A stretch of 64,000 nt of DNA, taken from positions 41,265 to 105,264 of the IMG/VR virus record IMGVR_UViG_3300047281_000098, one strand, 5' to 3'. Source of the DNA: a virus. Made by a program: the position numbers and the translations under genes. Each line of letters begins with the position of its first letter. The stretch's first letter is position 1. Under the pieces are notes generated by a model, which was not told the origin of the DNA, searched no databases, and saw only the letters and a program-made list of their open reading frames with translations. Positions 58,524 to 64,000 of the stretch are shown in pieces.

Positions 58524-59120
58524 ATGACTACTAGAATACTCCGTGAATTTGCCTTTCAAGCAGGTGTTTATTTCGAAGATGCGTTTTCAATGAATATGTA
58601 TAGCTTGTCTATATGTATGGATGTTGAAACTGACAGTATCAGAGAACAGAATATCGCAATGGAACGTATTAAATACTTTCTAGCGGAATCATTAGAAAGC
58701 AGTATCTTTGTAAACGAAGCTGAAACCAAGCTAATTGAAAAGTATACCTCATGTGGATTTAAAGTTTGTACTTTGCCCAATGACCCGTATGATCAAATAA
58801 TTACTATAATGTTGTTAGTAAAGCTTAATGCCATTGCTGAAGGTAGATTAATAGTCACTGATATCACATTAGGTTCACAGTTAAGTGATGAGGTTAATTT
58901 TATGTATGATTTGGATAGTCCCCTGGGTCCGTTTGAAGAACTTGGCTGGTGGGTTGATCCTAATCCGATTATCTCTGATATAGTAAAGACCAACAAGAAA
59001 GATAAGATTGTTAAATTGTTCAATCCAAATACATCAGCTTGGGCAGAAATTGATCTATTATGGAAAGAAGTTGGATCTGCTATTAGCTCACCAGAAATAA
59101 TCTTCACCACTGAAAAATAA
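58524..59120 (+). CDS. hypothetical, possible degenerate QueD/T-fold
   Basis: start moved to ATG 58524; REFAFQAG..., IKYFL...LESSIF. Confidence 0.6.
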   Translation: MTTRILREFAFQAGVYFEDAFSMNMYSLSICMDVETDSIREQNIAMERIKYFLAESLESSIFVNEAETKLIEKYTSCGFKVCTLPNDPYDQIITIMLLVKLNAIAEGRLIVTDITLGSQLSDEVNFMYDLDSPLGPFEELGWWVDPNPIISDIVKTNKKDKIVKLFNPNTSAWAEIDLLWKEVGSAISSPEIIFTTEK

Positions 59121-59133
59121 CTTACCAAACAAG

Positions 59134-59162
59134 TTGACTTTTCATTCAACTTATGTTAAACT
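59134..59162 (+). promoter_or_regulatory. sigma70-type promoter (leaderless) for DnaE N-fragment
   Basis: TTGACT-17 nt-TAAACT with TG extension; ATG 6 nt downstream. Confidence 0.65.
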
Positions 59163-59168
59163 ATGTAA

Positions 59169-59675
59169 ATGAAAACTGATATTTACGGCCAACAAGTCTA
59201 TAGTGAAGCAGACCTATGTGATTTCTTCCTACAAGACCCTAGCCGCAATTTGAATCAAGTTTTGGTGGAGAAATCTATCCAGTTTGATGAGATTCTATCA
59301 GTCGTTAACATTCCTAACTTCAAAGCGTATACGCAATCACGCTTAACGCCAGCTCAGTTTGACGAAGAAAAACAATCACACTGGTATATGCCAGATGAGT
59401 ACGCACAATTTGATATAGCAAAATGGGTACTGGATCAGTGTAATGACGAAGCCGAGTTACAACGAGCTGGTGACGAACTATTAAAGTTTCATGATCGTGA
59501 TATGTTTTCTCTGCTACAGTATCTCAAATACTTAGTAGATACAATGCGACAGTATAACATAGTTTGGGGTGTTGGTAGGGGAAGTAGTGTAGCAAGTTTT
59601 GTGTTATTTTTAATAGGGATACACAAGATTAATTCATTATATTACGATCTTTCTATTGATGAGTTTTTAAAATAG
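59169..59675 (+). CDS. dnaE: DNA polymerase III alpha fragment, first half of split DnaE
   Basis: R...EL......YL..LVD......GVGRGSSVASFVLFLIGIHKINSLYYDLSIDEFLK*. Confidence 0.82.
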   Translation: MKTDIYGQQVYSEADLCDFFLQDPSRNLNQVLVEKSIQFDEILSVVNIPNFKAYTQSRLTPAQFDEEKQSHWYMPDEYAQFDIAKWVLDQCNDEAELQRAGDELLKFHDRDMFSLLQYLKYLVDTMRQYNIVWGVGRGSSVASFVLFLIGIHKINSLYYDLSIDEFLK

Positions 59676-59720
59676 ACAGTTAAATTACATTAAATAACAT
59701 AATACACAAGGAGAAACATT

Positions 59721-60113
59721 ATGGCAATTCACAGAACAGCAATGGGTAAGTCAATCGACATGGCCTCACTGGCAACTAAAAATGAACACACACGAGCGGT
59801 GGGGAATATGAAGGTTAATTCGCGTGGCGACACAATCGATTCTATGGGCCGCGTAACTCAACCGGTAACTGACAAAGTAAATAACATGTATGCGCAAACA
59901 GTGGGTAATCGTTCTGCTCAAGTTAGATCCAAACCATCTAACTCTGTCCCTGTACAACCCGCCGCAGTTGCTCCTGTCAAAATCGATCTAAGTGAACTTA
60001 CAGAGATTGAAGTTGAGCTAGAAAGCAATCTAGAAGATGATTTGGCAGTAGAAGCTATCAAAGCTGAAGCTGACAAAGCTGAAGCTGCTAAAATCAAACC
60101 ATCTAAGAAGTAA
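59721..60113 (+). CDS. hypothetical protein
   Basis: AGGAG SD; H.TAMGK.IDM, RAVGNMKVN.RGD. Confidence 0.7.
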   Translation: MAIHRTAMGKSIDMASLATKNEHTRAVGNMKVNSRGDTIDSMGRVTQPVTDKVNNMYAQTVGNRSAQVRSKPSNSVPVQPAAVAPVKIDLSELTEIEVELESNLEDDLAVEAIKAEADKAEAAKIKPSKK

Positions 60114-60114
60114 T

Positions 60115-60483
60115 ATGTCAAGACCAGCATACTCACCATCACAGATTCGAAACTTCAAAGCACTAGGTAAAACTATTGTTGTAACTGATATGAAGTTTGA
60201 TGACCGTATTACAGCTAATGGTATTATTTTGATGAATGACGATAAGAAATCAGCCGGCATTCGTCCTCGTTGGGCCAAGATTTACGCCATTGGTCCTGAT
60301 CAACTAGATACTGATCTTCAAGTTGGTAAGTACATCCTTATCAGTCACGGTCGATGGACTCGTGGTATTACAGTTGAAGATGAAACGGGTAAGAAAACAT
60401 TGCGCAAAGTTGATGAAAATGATATACTGATCATTAGTGACATCCCAATGGATGACGAAACAATGAGTACACAGGTATATTAA
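60115..60483 (+). CDS. groES: GroES-like co-chaperonin
   Basis: RITANGIIL mobile loop, YAIGP, VGKYILI, V.ENDIL. Confidence 0.75.
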   Translation: MSRPAYSPSQIRNFKALGKTIVVTDMKFDDRITANGIILMNDDKKSAGIRPRWAKIYAIGPDQLDTDLQVGKYILISHGRWTRGITVEDETGKKTLRKVDENDILIISDIPMDDETMSTQVY

Positions 60484-60484
60484 T

Positions 60485-60784
60485 ATGAAATGGTTTGACA
60501 AATTTATCACCAGATGCGTTCAACGCCATCGCAACTTGCTGGATGGCGGAGAATGTGTCAAATCTTATCACCAACCCGACCGTCTAAGTAGTGGTCAAGA
60601 TAGACTTAGGAGTCAGAGTATGACCTTCAATATTCATTCTGCTTCAGGTGGTCATGTGTTGGAATATTCCGTTTATAACAATAAGACAGATCAACATGAA
60701 AATACTCTTCATCTTATCCCAAGTTCTGAAGAATTGGGTCAATCAATCGGTCATGCCATAACTTTAGAAATGCTACGTAAATGA
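60485..60784 (+). CDS. hypothetical protein
   Basis: 99 aa, in operon. Confidence 0.65.
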   Translation: MKWFDKFITRCVQRHRNLLDGGECVKSYHQPDRLSSGQDRLRSQSMTFNIHSASGGHVLEYSVYNNKTDQHENTLHLIPSSEELGQSIGHAITLEMLRK

Positions 60785-61707
60785 AAAATACCCTTTGGGT
60801 TGAGAAATATCGACCAAAAACTACTGCTGACTATGTGTTCGTTGATGAACGACAAAAGCAGCAAGTTGAAGGTTGGGTCAAAGACGGCACTATCCCTCAT
60901 CTGCTTTTGTCAGGTGATCCTGGTACAGGTAAGACAACTCTGGCTAAGATTCTGATTCATGAGCTTGGTGTTGAAGAGTATGATGTACTTGAAATCAATG
61001 CGTCACGAGAAAACGGTGTTGATGTTATTCGTGATAAGATTAATAACTTTGTTCAGACAATGCCCTTTGGTAAATTCAAGGTACTATTGCTTGATGAGGC
61101 TGATTATCTGACTACGAACGCTCAAGCCATGCTGCGTAATGATATGGAAGCATATCATATGACAGTGCGCTATATATTCACTTGTAACTATCAGCATAAG
61201 ATCATTCCGGCACTGAAAAGTAGATGTCACGAATTTCACATTGCGAAAACTGATCGTAATGAGTTCACTGCCAGAGCAGCAACTGTTTTAGTAACTGAAA
61301 ATGTAGAATTTGATTTGGATACGCTTGACAGCTATGTCAGAGCAACTTATCCTGATCTGCGTAAATGTCTGAATCAGTTACAAGTGAACAGCAGTTCCGG
61401 CACATTGCTTCCTCCTCAATCACAAGGATCAAGTGAAAATGAATTGCTTATGGAAGCTACTACCTTGTTTAAAGCAGGTAAGATCCTTGAAGGTCGTCAG
61501 CAACTGTTACAGTATATTGCGCTATACCCTACCCGCATTGAAGACACATATGCCTGGTGTTACTCTAATTTAGATTTATGGGGTAAGACACAAGAAAAAC
61601 GTGACGCAAGTATTGTTATCATTCGCAATGGATTAGCATCACTTCCTCTAGTGGGAATTCCTGAAATAAGTTTGGCAGCAACAATGGTGGAGCTTACATC
61701 ACAATGA
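60781..61707 (+). CDS. clamp loader AAA+ subunit (T4 gp44/RFC small-like)
   Basis: WVEKYRP, GDPGTGKT, LEINAS, LLDEAD, SRC, DLR. Confidence 0.93.
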   Translation: MKNTLWVEKYRPKTTADYVFVDERQKQQVEGWVKDGTIPHLLLSGDPGTGKTTLAKILIHELGVEEYDVLEINASRENGVDVIRDKINNFVQTMPFGKFKVLLLDEADYLTTNAQAMLRNDMEAYHMTVRYIFTCNYQHKIIPALKSRCHEFHIAKTDRNEFTARAATVLVTENVEFDLDTLDSYVRATYPDLRKCLNQLQVNSSSGTLLPPQSQGSSENELLMEATTLFKAGKILEGRQQLLQYIALYPTRIEDTYAWCYSNLDLWGKTQEKRDASIVIIRNGLASLPLVGIPEISLAATMVELTSQ

Positions 61708-61973
61708 GGTATTTGTTAATTACTTTCCTTAGAAAGCCAAATGGTCAAATTGATGAACAGGTAACTGTATCAAAGAGAGTTAAACCAGCAGACTTACAAA
61801 CTTGTAATCTGATCCTTGATTACGCCAAGAAGAAAATTGATAAATGCGTAATCGAAGGTCAGGCGTTGGATCAAGATTGGGATAAAATGCATGTATACTA
61901 TCAACGAATCTATCCGGCACTTATTGCGCAGCTTGAAAAAGAAGCTCCGATAACTGCTAAAGTCAAGAAATGA
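61704..61973 (+). CDS. hypothetical protein
   Basis: ATGA overlap. Confidence 0.7.
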   Translation: MRYLLITFLRKPNGQIDEQVTVSKRVKPADLQTCNLILDYAKKKIDKCVIEGQALDQDWDKMHVYYQRIYPALIAQLEKEAPITAKVKK

Positions 61974-62887
61974 GTTTATTTAAAGTCTTGTTCACTGGTG
62001 ATATTGAATTAACATATTCATTGGTTGATTCAGAGATAGTAGAATTATGGAAAACTCTAATAGTAACTCAAAATGTAAATGATTTATGTAAAATTAATCA
62101 CTATGTGGGCAATTCATCCGAATCAAGCTGTCTTATTAAAATTAATAGATTATATGAACTAGCAGATATTATAAATGAAGCAATACCAGAGAAAGTTATA
62201 AAATTAGAAATTAATCGGATTACATGGCAAAAAGCATTGCATTCAATGCATGTACATTTTCCTGAGTTAAAAAATGACATTAAGTATGATGCTATATGGC
62301 ATTTCTTAACAGAGTATAATGATATTATACATTGGCTTGAAGCTACACTTCTGAATATTTGGGGAGATTGGCAACTTAGTTCGGACCATAGTTTATTTAG
62401 GATTACACTTGATTTTAATAAATCAGGTAATAATACTGTCTTGTCAATTCCAAAAAGTGCTTATGAATCATTTGATCCTTTTCTTCGATTTGGAACATTA
62501 TCACTTCATTATACTCACGTGGGGAAACACCCGTTAGAATTATTTGTGAATAATGATTTAATATGCCCAGTGGACCAACTTGTACCGCAGCGAACATTTT
62601 CATCAAGCGTTCGTTTAAGATTTGGTGATGATTTGCATTCTAATACTGTAACACAGAGCTTAATGATGGATAGATGGAAGAAATTCTATGAATCACGCGG
62701 TGGAAAAGATTTTTGGGGATATGAAATAGATGATCCAATGCTAGCATTTGGCTTTATTAATATAGGTCAACTTGTAAAAATTAGTGTCAGTGGTGTGTCA
62801 CTTAATTTTCCACTCTCTACTTCAGAGATAGATATTTTTAGAAAAAGATTAGGCAATACTGCTATACTTAATTGGAGTATAGAGTAA
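61970..62887 (+). CDS. hypothetical protein (AT-rich)
   Basis: 305 aa, ATGA overlap. Confidence 0.7.
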   Translation: MSLFKVLFTGDIELTYSLVDSEIVELWKTLIVTQNVNDLCKINHYVGNSSESSCLIKINRLYELADIINEAIPEKVIKLEINRITWQKALHSMHVHFPELKNDIKYDAIWHFLTEYNDIIHWLEATLLNIWGDWQLSSDHSLFRITLDFNKSGNNTVLSIPKSAYESFDPFLRFGTLSLHYTHVGKHPLELFVNNDLICPVDQLVPQRTFSSSVRLRFGDDLHSNTVTQSLMMDRWKKFYESRGGKDFWGYEIDDPMLAFGFINIGQLVKISVSGVSLNFPLSTSEIDIFRKRLGNTAILNWSIE

Positions 62888-62912
62888 GCAAGAGATATAA
62901 TATCGCAATAAT

Positions 62913-62940
62913 AAAAAACGGGACAATTGTCCCGTTTTTT
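62913..62940. terminator. bidirectional terminator
   Basis: perfect palindrome aaaaaacgggacaattgtcccgtttttt between convergent genes. Confidence 0.85.
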
Positions 62941-62946
62941 ACGATA

Positions 62947-63747
62947 TTATGAATACAGACGTAATACGTGTTCAATGATTTTATGACGTTGTATGTCATG
63001 TAAATCAAATGTACATGCGGTTAATCCGGGTATATTTCCGCGTTCCAAACGATAAAGTAAATCTAACAATCCATTATCTGCTGTACGACGGTCTGCTTGT
63101 TCGACATCTCCTGTAACTACTATCTTGCTACCCACGCCAATTCTGGTCATAATCATTTTCATCTGACTAGGGGTAGCATTTTGTGCTTCGTCTAATACGA
63201 TCCAACTATGTTTGAAATTTCGACCTCGACAGAATGCTAGTGGCGCGATTTCCACGATTTGTTCTTCTAGCATGTGGGCTATTTCCGTTGTTGAATAATA
63301 TTCACGTAACACATCTATTAATGGTCTTGTCCATGGTTCCATTTTTTCATTTAATGTACCTGGCAAGAAACCATGTTTTTCATCATCAACCCCGACTGCA
63401 GGGCGAGTTAAAATAATCCGATCACATTCACCTGACCGTAGTGCTTTTATTGCTGCTTGCATTGCCAGGTAAGTTTTACCTGTACCAGCAGGGCCAGAAA
63501 TAACAACGATATCAGTTTCAGGGTTTAATAATGCCAGAATATATTTTTCTTGATTCAGTGACTTAGGGACTAAGGACACTACTTTTGTACTAACCTTGCT
63601 TGGTTTTGGGGCTATTGGTTGAGCGAAGTCTATTGTTTTAGATTCATGTATATAAAACATTTTAGCATCTGCATTTTTTTTAGTATGTGCAAATCTTGGG
63701 TCTCTTGACTCTTGGTTACGTGATGCGCTAGCTTTTTGTCTGCTCAA
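62947..63747 (-). CDS. phoH: PhoH-like ATPase
   Basis: GPAGTGKT, LTRPAV, GFLPG, RGRNF, LDEAQN, TRIG, GD..Q.D. Confidence 0.95.
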   Translation of the reverse strand: MSRQKASASRNQESRDPRFAHTKKNADAKMFYIHESKTIDFAQPIAPKPSKVSTKVVSLVPKSLNQEKYILALLNPETDIVVISGPAGTGKTYLAMQAAIKALRSGECDRIILTRPAVGVDDEKHGFLPGTLNEKMEPWTRPLIDVLREYYSTTEIAHMLEEQIVEIAPLAFCRGRNFKHSWIVLDEAQNATPSQMKMIMTRIGVGSKIVVTGDVEQADRRTADNGLLDLLYRLERGNIPGLTACTFDLHDIQRHKIIEHVLRLYS

Positions 63748-63926
63748 AGTGTTTCTCCTTAAAAGAGCTGAATTTTTACATTCACATTTATTTACTCTGT
63801 TTACTAAGCCCTATAATATAGTAGTTTTTGACTTAAATAAAAGCATAAATATTAGGCTAAGGGTAAAGTTATTGAACTACTCTATATCAATATTCAGCGC
63901 ATTCAGCCGCAAATGATAAATACTTG

Positions 63927-64000
63927 ATGTCAAACAATACAGCAAATGATTTTTTTAAAGATATTGATTACACCAGTATCATAGACACCGTTAAGGGCAT
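63927..64000 (+). CDS. start of a gene running off the window
   Basis: GATAAATA then ATG 63927, open to window end. Confidence 0.5.
   Translation, partial: MSNNTANDFFKDIDYTSIIDTVKG

Noticed and set aside
59600-59675. Split intein joining the DnaE halves, as in cyanobacterial DnaE
   Set aside because: No Cys/Ser-initiated IntN after the extein and no His-Asn-ending IntC at the start of 10404; the break point also differs.
1-64000. Stop-codon reassignment, as in some large phages
   Set aside because: Core genes are full length in the standard code and TAA, TAG and TGA all terminate genes. The short array ORFs change frame at junctions, so readthrough would not fuse them.
1-64000. tRNA or rRNA genes
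   Set aside because: No cloverleaf with T-loop GTTCRA and acceptor stem was recognised in the intergenic gaps by eye; tRNAscan-SE would be needed to exclude them fully.

Overview
64 kb of a large, AT-rich, T4-like contractile-tailed dsDNA phage genome; iscA and a GH19 lysin suggest a Gram-negative, probably proteobacterial host. Left block: UvsW-like helicase, gp62-like clamp-loader subunit, DEDDh exonuclease, primase and DnaB/gp41 helicase. Middle block: late/structural genes (neck gp13/gp14, gp15, sheath gp18, tube gp19, gp4, two repeat-rich fibres, probable internal head proteins, lysin). Right block: GroES, gp44-like clamp loader and PhoH. The main discovery is at 3639-9610. A perfect sigma70 promoter drives an array of 23 tightly coupled small ORFs, most sharing a C-terminal '...F-x-L-R-W-x-stop' module. 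The LRW codons (TTGAGGTGG) also form the Shine-Dalgarno of the next gene. At least three of these ORFs carry N-terminal pieces resembling core phage proteins: a Gol-like and a second major-capsid segment, and a helicase Walker A. This suggests an expandable library of decoy or anti-defence cassettes. Other highlights are a miniaturised DnaE (Pol III alpha) split into two intein-less genes about 48 kb apart, and a roughly 600 nt, highly structured non-coding region at 31875-32450. All family calls come from motif recognition by eye; no database searches were run.
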